In this document: one piece after another, positions 1-8,885 of the stretch
Numbering within the stretch: position 1 is the stretch's first letter
How the letters are laid out: the number at the start of each line of letters is the position of its first letter
Source of the DNA: an uncultured delta proteobacterium
GTDB lineage: Bacteria > Myxococcota > Myxococcia > Myxococcales > Anaeromyxobacteraceae
Length of the DNA: 64,000 nucleotides
Direction of reading: 5' to 3'
Assembly: GCA_963828255.1 (NCBI GenBank)
Contig: CAWHDZ010000003.1
Location: 160,001 to 224,000, forward strand
The notes under the pieces: model-generated
Databases searched by the model: none
What the model was told of the DNA's origin: nothing
Seen by the model: the letters and a program-made list of their open reading frames with translations, nothing else
Made by a program: the position numbers and the translations under genes

Positions 1-1301
1 GCGAGCCCCAGAACCAGCTCCTCAAGATGGCCCGGGCCGGCCTCGCCGCGCCGCTGCGCATCGCCATGGCGGAGGCGCGCAGGTCGTTGTCCCCGGTCAG
101 GAAGGAGAACGTCCAGGTCGAGGGCAACGGGCAGGCCTGCGACCTCGTCGTACTCCCGGTGAAGGCGAACGACAGGGGCGATGGAGCCTTCGTCGTGCTC
201 TTCGAGGAGCGCACGCCGCGCGTGCAGGCGCCTCCGGGTGGTCGTCGTGCCGGGGGCCGCACCACCCGGTCCCAGGGGGAGCAGCGGCGCACGCTCCAGG
301 AGGACCTCAGCACCACGAAGGAGTACGTCGCGGTCCTGCTCGAGGAGCAGGGTCGCACCACCGACGCGCTCGCCTCGGCCAACGATGAGCTGCTCTCGGG
401 CAACGAGGAGCTCCAGAGCCTGAACGAGGAGCTGGAGACCGCCAAGGAGGAGCTCCAGGCGACCAACGAGGAGCTCACCACGGTGAACGACGAGCTCAAC
501 GGGCGGAACCAGGAGATCCAGTCAGCCAGCGCCGACATCCTGAACCTCCTCGAGGCCGTCGAGATCCCCATCCTGATGCTCGACTCCGAGCGCCGCATCC
601 TGCGCTTCACCCACCGTGCATCCACCGTCCTGGGGCTCACCGAGGCCGACCTGGGGCGGCGGGTGACCGAGGTGGCCGTGCCCCTGGCGTTGCCCGATCT
701 CGAGCAGTGGATCGCGCGGTCGATGAGGGAGTCGATCCTGGTGGAGGCGGAGGTCCAGGACCGCTCCGATCACTGGCACCGGCTGCAGGTGCGGCCTCGT
801 CGGGGTCCCGGCGGCAAGATCGACGGCGCCATCCTCTCGCTGGCGGATATCGACGCGCTCCGGCACGAGATCGTGGATGCCCGGTTGGCTCGCGACTACG
901 CGCGCAGCATCGTGGAGGCGGTCCAGGTCCCGCTCCTGGTCCTCGACGCGGGGCTGCACGTCCTCTCGGCGAACGCTGCCTACCACGGCGCCTACCCGGA
1001 AAGCCCCGCCCCGATCGAGGGGAGAGACTTCTTCGGGCTCGGGGCCGGGCAGTGGAACACGACGGAGGTCCACCGGGCCGTGGGAGGGATCCTCGGCGAC
1101 AGGGGCAGCTTCCAGGGGCTCGAGCTGGAGTGGGAGGTACCCGGAGCCGGACGCCGGGCCACCACGGTCTCCGGTTCGATGGTGCCTTCCCTGGCGGGTG
1201 AGGCGATGGTCCTGCTCTCCATCGAGGACGTCACCGATCGTCGGCTGGAGGACCGTCGGCGCGCCGACATTCGGGTCGTGGGCGAAGGGACCGGGTCATG
1301 A
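1..1301 (+). CDS. CheB/CheR-type PAS-domain chemotaxis protein, C-terminal part (5' end outside window)
   Basis: Coiled-coil ELQSLNEELETAKEELQATNEELTTVNDEL characteristic of CheB/CheR fusions, followed by two PAS-like segments; frame open from window start; stop overlaps next ATG (ATGA). Confidence 0.8.
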   Translation, partial: EPQNQLLKMARAGLAAPLRIAMAEARRSLSPVRKENVQVEGNGQACDLVVLPVKANDRGDGAFVVLFEERTPRVQAPPGGRRAGGRTTRSQGEQRRTLQEDLSTTKEYVAVLLEEQGRTTDALASANDELLSGNEELQSLNEELETAKEELQATNEELTTVNDELNGRNQEIQSASADILNLLEAVEIPILMLDSERRILRFTHRASTVLGLTEADLGRRVTEVAVPLALPDLEQWIARSMRESILVEAEVQDRSDHWHRLQVRPRRGPGGKIDGAILSLADIDALRHEIVDARLARDYARSIVEAVQVPLLVLDAGLHVLSANAAYHGAYPESPAPIEGRDFFGLGAGQWNTTEVHRAVGGILGDRGSFQGLELEWEVPGAGRRATTVSGSMVPSLAGEAMVLLSIEDVTDRRLEDRRRADIRVVGEGTGS

Positions 1302-2623
1302 CCACGACCGCGACCGCGCTCCCGGTTTCCCCGGCGGATCCCCAGCCTCCGGCCCTGCTGCTCGCCTTTCCTCGCCCCGGCGACCGGCCGTCGCAGAGCC
1401 GACCCGTTCCACGCTCGGGACTCCTCCTGGGGCGCGGCGAGGTGATCTTCGACGAGCCGTTCGACGACCCGGCCATGGCTCCCCGGCACGCGGAGATCCA
1501 GATCCAGGGCAAGAGCGCCGTGGTGAACGACCTGGGGAGCGGCGCCGGCACCCGCCTGAACGGCGCCGCGCTCCGCAAGTCGGTCACGCTCGTGGAGGGA
1601 GACGTCCTCCGGGTCGGCGACACCGTGTTCGTCTACACCAGCCGGGGACGATTCCCCGCCGTTCCGGGGAAGTCGACGGCCGAGGAGCCGGAGCTGACCG
1701 GCTCGACCCCCTCCATCGAGGCCGTCCGGCGAAGCGTCGAGGCGGTCGCGCGTCACCCGCGCACCGTGGTGGTCACCGGCGAGACGGGAACCGGGAAGGA
1801 GATCGTGGCCAGGTTGATCCACCGGCGGAGCGGGAGGAAGGGCCCGTTCGTGGCGGTGAACTGCGGCGGGTTCAACGAGGGTCTCCTGGCCAGCGAGCTC
1901 TTCGGCCACGTGCGCGGAGCCTTCACCGGCGCGGTCGGCGACCAGCAGGGGCTCTTCCGCGCCGCGCAAGGAGGAACGCTCTTCCTCGACGAGGCGGGGG
2001 AGATCCCGATGGCCCTCCAGCCCACCCTGCTGCGGGTGCTCGAGACCTGGCAGGTTCGCCCGGTAGGGAGCACCCGCGACGTCGCGGTGGACGTGCGCGT
2101 GGTCGCCGCGAGCAACCGGGAGCTCGTCTCGCTGGTGCGGCAGGGGTTGTTCCGCGCCGATCTCTACGCCCGGCTGGCGCAGTGGATCGTCCGGCTTCCG
2201 CCCCTGCGCGATCGCCGGGAGGACATCCCGTGCCTCTCCCGGGCGCTGCTCGGGCAGCTCGGGGCAGCCGATCGATCCCTGGCGCCCGACCTGGTGGAGG
2301 CGCTTCTCGTCCACCCGTGGCCGCTCAACGTGCGCGGGCTCTCCAACGTCCTCTCCACTGCGCTGATCGCCTCTCCACCCGAGCACGCGCTGGAGTTCGG
2401 GCCCGAGGTGCGTGCGGCGCTCGAGGACAACCGCATCGACGAGCCGGAGCCTCCCCCCGACGAGCCGAGGGTGGAGCTGGACCGGGCCAGCCTGGAAGGG
2501 CTCCTCCAGCGGTTCCAGGGGCGCGTGGCGGAGATGGCCCGGCACGTGGGGGTGTCGCGCCCCAAGCTGTACCGCATGCTCTGGTCGGTGGGTCTCGACC
2601 CGGCCGGGTTTCGCGCGAAGTGA
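1298..2623 (+). CDS. FHA-domain sigma54-dependent transcriptional activator (bEBP)
   Basis: N-terminal FHA-like (GRG...RHAEI...DLGSGAGTRLNG), Walker A GETGTGKE, GAFTGA loop, LFLDE, FRADLYARL, C-terminal Fis-type HTH. Confidence 0.93.
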   Translation: MTTTATALPVSPADPQPPALLLAFPRPGDRPSQSRPVPRSGLLLGRGEVIFDEPFDDPAMAPRHAEIQIQGKSAVVNDLGSGAGTRLNGAALRKSVTLVEGDVLRVGDTVFVYTSRGRFPAVPGKSTAEEPELTGSTPSIEAVRRSVEAVARHPRTVVVTGETGTGKEIVARLIHRRSGRKGPFVAVNCGGFNEGLLASELFGHVRGAFTGAVGDQQGLFRAAQGGTLFLDEAGEIPMALQPTLLRVLETWQVRPVGSTRDVAVDVRVVAASNRELVSLVRQGLFRADLYARLAQWIVRLPPLRDRREDIPCLSRALLGQLGAADRSLAPDLVEALLVHPWPLNVRGLSNVLSTALIASPPEHALEFGPEVRAALEDNRIDEPEPPPDEPRVELDRASLEGLLQRFQGRVAEMARHVGVSRPKLYRMLWSVGLDPAGFRAK

Positions 2624-2651
2624 AGCCGGCCCCGGCGACCTGAGCCGTCCC

Positions 2652-2667
2652 GAACGTTCGCGAACGG
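2652..2667 (+). promoter_or_regulatory. Putative upstream activator sequence (palindrome CGTTCGCGAACG) for sigma54 promoter
   Basis: Perfect 12-bp palindrome 2655-2666, 77 bp upstream of a -24 GG; one-mismatch copies at 3830 and 6521. Confidence 0.6.
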
Positions 2668-2730
2668 TCACGATCCCGGGCGGCGAGGCCGGATCCGTCC
2701 GGGAACCAGGACCTTGGGCGTCCCGTCCCC

Positions 2731-2746
2731 GGGCATGAACCGTGCA
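2731..2746 (+). promoter_or_regulatory. sigma54 (-24/-12) promoter
   Basis: GGGCATGAACCGTGCA = GG-N10-GC, upstream of the 2806 gene. Confidence 0.7.
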
Positions 2747-2805
2747 AAAGCACCTCCTGTCGGATCGCGCCCTCCTTCGAGCGCCTTCGAATGGGAGGAC
2801 GAAAG

Positions 2806-3594
2806 ATGCGCCATCTGATCGTCGCGCTTGGCTTGCTGCTCGCCCCGCTGACCCCTGCCGTTGCCCAGATAAGCATCCAGATCGGCCTGCCCGGCGTCAA
2901 CATCGGGATCAACCAGCCGGTCTACCCGCAGCTGGTCCAGGTGCCGGGGTATCCCGTGTATTACGACCCGGGCGCGCCCTCGAACTACTTCTTCTACGAC
3001 GGCATGTACTGGGTCTTCCAGGGAGACAACTGGTACGCGAGCTCCTGGTACAACGGCCCCTGGGCGCTGGTTGTCCCGCAGTACGTGCCCGTGTTCATCC
3101 TCCGGGTCCCGGTGAGCTACTACCGGCATCCCCCGGCGTACTTCCGCGGCTGGAACCCGACCGCTCCGCCGCAATGGGGGCAGCACTGGGGCAATGACTG
3201 GGAGCGGCAGCGCCACGGCTGGGACCAGTGGGACCGCGGGTCTGCGCCGCATCCTGCGCCGCTGCCCATGTACCAGAAGCAGTACTCGGGGAACCGGTAC
3301 CCGCGCGCCGAGCAGCAGCAGGAGCTGCACCGCGAGAAGTACAGCTACCAGCCGCGCGATGCCGAGGTGAAGCGGGTCGAGGAGGCGCATTTCGCGAGGG
3401 GCAACCAGCAGCAGGAGCGCGGCAAGCAGCAGCAGGAGCAAGCCAAGCAGCAGGACCAGGCCAAGCAGCAGCCCACTGCGCATGCCCCGCAGGCTCCTCA
3501 GCAGAAGCAGGACAATCGCGGCCAAGACAAAGGCGGCCAGGACAAGGGCGGCCAGGACAAGGGCGGCCAGGGCAAGCACGGGGAGGCGCAATGA
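2806..3594 (+). CDS. Secreted Tyr/Trp/Pro-rich protein (YXWGXW/WXXGXW-repeat-like) with Gln/Gly-rich tail
   Basis: GGAGG RBS, signal peptide MRHLIVALGLLLAPLTPAVA, YFFYDGMYWVF..WYNGPW motifs, C-terminal GQDKG repeats. Confidence 0.75.
   Translation: MRHLIVALGLLLAPLTPAVAQISIQIGLPGVNIGINQPVYPQLVQVPGYPVYYDPGAPSNYFFYDGMYWVFQGDNWYASSWYNGPWALVVPQYVPVFILRVPVSYYRHPPAYFRGWNPTAPPQWGQHWGNDWERQRHGWDQWDRGSAPHPAPLPMYQKQYSGNRYPRAEQQQELHREKYSYQPRDAEVKRVEEAHFARGNQQQERGKQQQEQAKQQDQAKQQPTAHAPQAPQQKQDNRGQDKGGQDKGGQDKGGQGKHGEAQ
3519..3576 (+). repeat. 15-bp tandem coding repeat (GQDKG x3-4)
   Basis: ggccaggacaagggc units. Confidence 0.8.
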
Positions 3595-3800
3595 CCCCGA
3601 CAGACAGCTGTCGAGCGGCAATCGAGGCCGTCAATCGCGAGGTCTCCGTGCTCCTGGAACTGGAGCGCGCGACGGTGGCCGACGGGAAGACGCTCGGGCC
3701 GTTGCGCTCGTCCTGGGCCGACCTCCTCGGACACCTGGTGCCCGGGCCAGGCCCCGGACGTGGCGGACCACGACAGCTGACGGGCAAGGACTCACCGTGA
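3591..3800 (+). CDS. Small hypothetical protein (69 aa), paralog of 3981..4244 without the zinc ribbon
   Basis: GGAGG RBS, ATGA overlap with upstream stop; RAAIEAVNREV...LRSSWADLL resembles REAVEAVDREV...LRASWGRLV. Confidence 0.6.
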   Translation: MTPTDSCRAAIEAVNREVSVLLELERATVADGKTLGPLRSSWADLLGHLVPGPGPGRGGPRQLTGKDSP

Positions 3801-3915
3801 CCCATGCGAGACCAAGGCACCGAGCCGGACGCTCGCGAACGTTTGGCTCCGTGTGCTGGACTCCCTCCCGGCTGCTGCAAGGTCCGAATTTCCAGGACTT
3901 GGCCAGCCGATCGCG

Positions 3916-3931
3916 GGGCATGGACCGTGCA
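3916..3931 (+). promoter_or_regulatory. sigma54 (-24/-12) promoter with upstream palindrome variant at 3830-3841
   Basis: GGGCATGGACCGTGCA, one mismatch from the 2731 copy; CGCTCGCGAACG 87 bp upstream of the GG. Confidence 0.65.
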
Positions 3932-3980
3932 TCACCCCAATCTGGAGTCCATCGCGAAGACCGGCGACCCGAGGAGTGCC

Positions 3981-4244
3981 GTGCAGCTCACGAGCGCAGT
4001 ACGAGAGGCAGTCGAGGCCGTGGACCGGGAGGTGGCACGACTCGCCGGACACACGTCGGTGGAAGACGCTCCGGCGCTCGACCGGCTGCGCGCGTCGTGG
4101 GGAAGACTCGTCGATCTCCTGGCCCTCGGTCCGGCGCCGGAGCGACGGGCATGCCCGCACTGCGGGGGCGTCGGGATGCTCGACGCGACCCTGTGCGGCA
4201 GGTGCTGGACGGAACTCGCTCCACTGCAAGGGAGTCACACATGA
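3981..4244 (+). CDS. Small zinc-ribbon protein (87 aa)
   Basis: GAGGAG RBS then GTG at 3981; C-terminal CPHC...CGRC; start placed downstream of the sigma54 promoter rather than at 3804. Confidence 0.65.
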   Translation: MQLTSAVREAVEAVDREVARLAGHTSVEDAPALDRLRASWGRLVDLLALGPAPERRACPHCGGVGMLDATLCGRCWTELAPLQGSHT

Positions 4245-4762
4245 CCAGGATCCTCCTCGCAGGCATGTCGGCGCTGGCGATCCTGTCCGCCAGTTCCAAC
4301 CCCCCACAGGCGGATGATGGCGTCGTTCCCTCCCCGCCCACCGTGCAGGTGTCCGTGGACTCCAGCCACCTCCTGGCGATGTGCCCCATGAGCGTGACGG
4401 GGACGCAGGTCGTCGCCGGCGACGCGGTGAACGGCGGGACGCTCACCTTCACGACCACGGGTGCGATCGCGGAGCTCCGCATCCGCGTGATGGAGATGGC
4501 GCAGCGGCACAACGCGCACCACGCGGACACCGCAGCCCCCTCAGGCGTCGGTCGCGGGGGAACGATGGCGTCCGAGAGCCCGATGGGCGCCCCGGCCATG
4601 CCGCCCTCCTGGGCCACGGTCGTCGAGGTGGAGCGCGGGGCGATGATCGTGGTGGTGCCCAACGAGAGCGCCGATCTCGCGAGGCTCCAGTCTGCGATCC
4701 GCACCCGCGCCGAGCGGATGCAGCGGAACGGTTGTGACCTGGTGGGGCAGGCGCGGCGATGA
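4241..4762 (+). CDS. Exported hypothetical protein
   Basis: GGAG RBS, ATGA coupling, N-terminal hydrophobic signal, CPM motif and helical C-terminus. Confidence 0.65.
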   Translation: MTRILLAGMSALAILSASSNPPQADDGVVPSPPTVQVSVDSSHLLAMCPMSVTGTQVVAGDAVNGGTLTFTTTGAIAELRIRVMEMAQRHNAHHADTAAPSGVGRGGTMASESPMGAPAMPPSWATVVEVERGAMIVVVPNESADLARLQSAIRTRAERMQRNGCDLVGQARR

Positions 4763-6495
4763 CCCGGCTCAGCTCCAGGCAGGGGGATCGCAACCCGGGA
4801 CCGGGCTTCTCCGCGCTGGCGGCGGCCGTGGTCGTGTTGCTCTGGGTCACGTTCGTCCCCCACCCGACCGACGCCTACACGATCTCGAGCGTGCTCACCC
4901 CGGGGTGCCACGAGGACCTGACCACAGAGGCCCTCCGGACGGTGCGCCTCGACGTCCCGGGCGCCGCGCCCATTCCCCTCAGCGCGAACGAGAAGGCCCT
5001 CGCCGACGACGTGCAGTTCACAGCCCCGGCGGACATGATGGACCTGGGCGGCGTCACGCTGCTCCTGAGCGTCCGGGACAACGACCTGAAGGGGCGGTCC
5101 TCCGACGACCTCACCGAGCTCGCCGAGGTCCACGGAAACCCCGACAACCAGGACGAGCACTGCCTGCGGAGCAGGACCCAGGACGAGCCAGGGGGGTCCG
5201 AGGCCGCGGTGGCGAGCTGCCGGACCTTCATCCGCGGCCGGATCGCCGAGGCGCTCGAGGGGCTCGACGCCAGCGGCGTGCCGGATCCCGCGCTGCGGAT
5301 CGCACTCCCCGTCCACCTGTCCCTGCGCGGGGACGTCGACGCGCTGCTGCCGACGTTCTACGTCCGGATCGGCCAGGCGATCCACGGGGTGGAGGACAGC
5401 TTCACGCACGCCTATCGGACCCCCGACGGGATGAAGATCACGGTGGTGATGAACTGGGTCGACAAGGCGGAGCGGCAGTTCGACGAGGCGCGCGACGGCC
5501 CCGCCCATGCCACCCGGATGGACGCCTGCGACGACTCCGACGCCCTGATCACGACCCGGCGCACGCTCGCCACGGAGGCGTCGACGGCGATCCTCCGGGC
5601 GGTGCTCGATCCACTCCAGACAAAGGCGGAGAAGATGGCCACGGTCGACGGAATCCTCGATAGATATCTGAGCTATTCACCAGGTTGCGGCTACGAGAAC
5701 GGGTGGTGCAGCGCGCCGGAGATCCAGTACCAGGACGTGGGGTCGACCTTTCTCGGGTGCTCGTCCGGGGGAGGGGGCCTGCTGGGCGTGGCCGCGAGCC
5801 TCCTGGCCCTCGGACTGATCTTCCGACGGCGCAGGTTGGCCCCTTCCGTCGTGGCGCTGTCCGTCATCGCGGGGCTGGCCGCCTTCGCCCCGGCACTTGC
5901 CCGCCCTGCGCCCCCCGACGCCCCGCCGAACACGGCAACCCCGGAGCGCGTGGCGGCGGAAAAGGAGGCAGCCCCTGCCCCGACCACGGTTCCCGTGCCG
6001 CAGCCCGGTCCGGCCGATCCATCCGAGACGGCCTGGGGCGCCTACCTGGGAATCTCCGGCTCCGTCGACAAGCCGGCGATGGCGGTCCAGCTCGGCGTGC
6101 GACTCCGGCTGAGCACCCACTGGACGATCGGGCTGGACGTCGAATCGAACCCCTGGATCTCGACCACCGGCCCCACTCCCGTCCGGGCCGGAACGCTCAA
6201 CACCTTCGGGACGGTGATCCTCCGCTTCCCGCTGGCCTACGAGAACTTCAACCTGCGGACCACCGTGAACCTCGGCGTCTCCTACCTGCTCATCGACCTC
6301 TACGGCGCGCCCAAGGGCAGCATCGGCGTCTACGCAGCGATCTACCCCCTCGGTCTCGAGTGGAAGCTCTCGCGGGTGTTCATCCTCATCATCAATCCGC
6401 TCGGGATCGCAGTGCCCGTACCCCAGCTCCAGGGCGTTCCGCTCACCTATCCGCAGTACCGTTTCAGCATCGGCCTGGGAATCCTGTCGGGCTGA
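4759..6495 (+). CDS. Hypothetical exported protein with internal MYXO-CTERM-like segment and C-terminal beta-rich domain
   Basis: 578-aa ORF with typical codon usage; signal peptide; GCS-hydrophobic-RRRR at 5755-5835; alternating beta-strand pattern in last ~150 aa. Confidence 0.75.
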   Translation: MTRLSSRQGDRNPGPGFSALAAAVVVLLWVTFVPHPTDAYTISSVLTPGCHEDLTTEALRTVRLDVPGAAPIPLSANEKALADDVQFTAPADMMDLGGVTLLLSVRDNDLKGRSSDDLTELAEVHGNPDNQDEHCLRSRTQDEPGGSEAAVASCRTFIRGRIAEALEGLDASGVPDPALRIALPVHLSLRGDVDALLPTFYVRIGQAIHGVEDSFTHAYRTPDGMKITVVMNWVDKAERQFDEARDGPAHATRMDACDDSDALITTRRTLATEASTAILRAVLDPLQTKAEKMATVDGILDRYLSYSPGCGYENGWCSAPEIQYQDVGSTFLGCSSGGGGLLGVAASLLALGLIFRRRRLAPSVVALSVIAGLAAFAPALARPAPPDAPPNTATPERVAAEKEAAPAPTTVPVPQPGPADPSETAWGAYLGISGSVDKPAMAVQLGVRLRLSTHWTIGLDVESNPWISTTGPTPVRAGTLNTFGTVILRFPLAYENFNLRTTVNLGVSYLLIDLYGAPKGSIGVYAAIYPLGLEWKLSRVFILIINPLGIAVPVPQLQGVPLTYPQYRFSIGLGILSG

Positions 6496-6517
6496 GGCGC
6501 CCTCGTCCTGTATCCGT

Positions 6518-6610
6518 GAACGTTTGCGAACGGAATCGGGATGCGCCTGGACGGGGGCCACCAGGTAACTGCTCGCGCTTCCGGCGCGGCCGGGCGGCAC
6601 GGGCCGTGCA
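6518..6610 (+). promoter_or_regulatory. Upstream palindrome (CGTTTGCGAACG, 6521-6532) plus sigma54 promoter CGGCACGGGCCGTGCA (6595-6610)
   Basis: GG-N10-GC with GGCAC; GAACGTTTGCGAACGG matches the 2652 element at 15/16. Confidence 0.7.
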
Positions 6611-6675
6611 GTCCTACCGGAAACACAACCCTGACATGACGGCGACCTGCTCCGTCAAAGAAAGCGAGAAGACTC

Positions 6676-7215
6676 ATGAACGCAATTCACAAGACGACCA
6701 TCGCCGCTGGCCTGGCAGCCCTCCTGGCGTTCCCCGCTGCCGCACTCGCCGACGCCACCGTGAAGGAGGCGGAAAGCGCGGTGACGGTCCTGAAGAAGGC
6801 CGATCCGGGCCTGAAGAAGTTCTTCGATCACTCGGCGGGCTACGCCGTCTTCCCGAGCGTGGGCAAGGGCGGACTCGTCGTCGGCGGTGCTGGTGGCAGC
6901 GGCATCGTCTTCGAGCACGGCAAGGCCGTTGGCACCACCACCCTCTCCCAGGTCACCATCGGAGCGCAGGTCGGCGGGCAGGCCTACTACGAGATCATCT
7001 TCTTCGAGACCGCCGAGGCGCTCGCCGCCTTCAAGAAGGGGGAGTGGACCATGGCCGCGCAGGTGAGCGCGGTGATGCTCAAGTCCGGAGCCTCCGCCGA
7101 CGCCAAGTACAAGGACGGCGTGGCCGTGTTCACCCTGAGCAAGGGCGGCGCGATGGCCGAGGCCAGCGTGGGCGGGCAGAAGTTCAGCTACGAGCCTCTC
7201 GACAAGAAGAGCTAG
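6676..7215 (+). CDS. YSC84/SYLF-related lipid-binding exported protein
   Basis: Signal peptide; GYAVFPSVGKGGLVVGGAGGSG, GAQVGGQ, GAMAEASVGGQKF motifs. Confidence 0.88.
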   Translation: MNAIHKTTIAAGLAALLAFPAAALADATVKEAESAVTVLKKADPGLKKFFDHSAGYAVFPSVGKGGLVVGGAGGSGIVFEHGKAVGTTTLSQVTIGAQVGGQAYYEIIFFETAEALAAFKKGEWTMAAQVSAVMLKSGASADAKYKDGVAVFTLSKGGAMAEASVGGQKFSYEPLDKKS

Positions 7216-7238
7216 GCCAGGCAGGAGGAGGAAGCGAG

Positions 7239-7457
7239 ATGGGATCCATCAAGATGGCCGGCATCGTCCTCATCGCGGCAGGCCTGCTCGGCCTGGCGTA
7301 CGGCGGGTTCACCTTCACCAAGGATACGCACGACACGAAGATCGGGCCCCTGGAACTGTCCGTGAAGGACAAGGAAAGGGTCAACATCCCGATCTGGGCG
7401 GGTGTGGCCGCCGTGGTCGCCGGCGGGGTCATGCTGGCGATTCCGAGGAAGGCCTAG
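7239..7457 (+). CDS. Small two-TM membrane protein (DUF3185-like)
   Basis: GGAGGAGG RBS; GIVLIAAGLLGLAYGGFTFTK...KIGPLELSVK...IPIWAGVAAVVAG. Confidence 0.8.
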   Translation: MGSIKMAGIVLIAAGLLGLAYGGFTFTKDTHDTKIGPLELSVKDKERVNIPIWAGVAAVVAGGVMLAIPRKA

Positions 7458-7477
7458 CGCTGTCCCGGGCGGGGGCG

Positions 7478-8542
7478 TTGCTCACCAGGCTTGCGATCGG
7501 GGCACTGGTGGTGGCGATTCTCGCCCGGGGGCGCCCGGTGTTGCTGCCCATCGCCTTCGCGGCGGTGCTGGCCCTCATCCTCACCCCGCCGATGAGGTGG
7601 ATGGAGCGCAAGATCCCCACGGCTGCGGCCCTGGCGCTGGTCCTTCTCCTCGCCGCGGGCGCGCTGGGGGGCGGTGGCTTCTTCCTGGTGAGGCAGTCCG
7701 ACGAGCTGGCCACGCAGCTCGGAAAGTACACCGAGTCGATGCGGCGCAAGGTGGCGGCCCTGCAGGCTGGTGGCGGCGGACCGCTGGCGCGCGTCGAGCT
7801 CATGGTCGCGCGGGTCGCCGATGGCCTCGAGAGAAGGGTCGCATCCGACGACGTCCCGGTGCAGGTGGCCCCGGCCCGGGTCTCTCGTGCCACCCACCTG
7901 TGGGATCTGCTCAGGCCGCTGGCCGAGCCGGTCATCACCGGCCTCTTCGTCCTCGTGCTGTGCGTCTTCATGCTGGGCCGCAGGGACGACCTGCGAGGGC
8001 GGCTCAACCGCCTGGTGGGTCCCGGAAACGTGGAGCTCACGACGCGCATCCTCGACGAGGGGGCGCACCGGATCACCCGTTACCTGCGCGATCAGACCGC
8101 GATCAACGCCATCTTCGGCCTGGTCGTCGGCGTGGGGCTCTACTTCATCGGGGTCCCCTACTTCGTGCTCTGGGGCGCCGTCGCGGCACTGGCGAGGTTC
8201 GTCCCCTACCTCGGGGCGATCGCCTCGATGCTCCTTCCGGCGGCGCTCGCCTTCGCGATCTTCCCCGGCTGGTCACGGGCCCTCCTCACCGTGGGGCTCT
8301 TCGTCGGGATGGACCTCGTCACCGCCTACGCCATCGAGCCCGTGCTCATCGGCTACAGGAGCGGGGTCTCGTCGATCGCGCTCCTGGTCTCCGCCTTCTT
8401 CTGGGCCTGGCTCTGGGGCCCGGTGGGGCTCGCCCTCGCCATCCCGATGACCCTGGCGCTCGCCGTCCTCGGACGCCACGTTCCGGACCTCCGCTTCCTG
8501 GAGGTGCTCCTCGGGGACGACCACGCTATCGACTCCGGGTAG
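7478..8542 (+). CDS. AI-2E family (PerM-like) transporter
   Basis: Multi-TM; RFVPYLG, IEPVLIG, WAWLWGPVGLALAIPMT motifs. Confidence 0.9.
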   Translation: MLTRLAIGALVVAILARGRPVLLPIAFAAVLALILTPPMRWMERKIPTAAALALVLLLAAGALGGGGFFLVRQSDELATQLGKYTESMRRKVAALQAGGGGPLARVELMVARVADGLERRVASDDVPVQVAPARVSRATHLWDLLRPLAEPVITGLFVLVLCVFMLGRRDDLRGRLNRLVGPGNVELTTRILDEGAHRITRYLRDQTAINAIFGLVVGVGLYFIGVPYFVLWGAVAALARFVPYLGAIASMLLPAALAFAIFPGWSRALLTVGLFVGMDLVTAYAIEPVLIGYRSGVSSIALLVSAFFWAWLWGPVGLALAIPMTLALAVLGRHVPDLRFLEVLLGDDHAIDSG

Positions 8543-8575
8543 GGACTCCCCCTTCCCGCCCGAGGCCCCGAACCG

Positions 8576-8845
8576 TCAGCGCGGAGGGACGGGAAGAGGC
8601 GCCGCGGCGTGACCTGGCCCCAGGAGGCCTCGCGCCTGCTCGACCGCCGAGGCCTTGGCCGCCACCAGCGACTCGGCGGAACCGCCGGCGACCTCTCGCT
8701 GGGATCCATCCACGAGGAAGCAGAGGCTGCGCCATCCCCTGGAACTGGAGCGGAGCTCGAGCCGCGGGAGCGAGAAGACGAGCGCCGCGTCGGAACCGTC
8801 GAGGTTCATCGCCCATCCGTCCGTGGTCCGCGCCCAGCCGCTCAT
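8576..8845 (-). CDS. Small hypothetical protein
   Basis: Fills intergenic gap; ATG preceded by extended -10 TGTTACGAT 6 nt upstream. Confidence 0.45.
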   Translation of the reverse strand: MSGWARTTDGWAMNLDGSDAALVFSLPRLELRSSSRGWRSLCFLVDGSQREVAGGSAESLVAAKASAVEQARGLLGPGHAAAPLPVPPR

Positions 8846-8885
8846 CCTCCCATCGTAACACCCGCGGCGAAGGGGCGCTCGCGGG

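Noticed and set aside
3804..3980. N-terminal extension of the 146-aa ORF 3804..4244
   Set aside because: Region contains the upstream palindrome and sigma54 promoter; a GAGGAG RBS supports GTG at 3981
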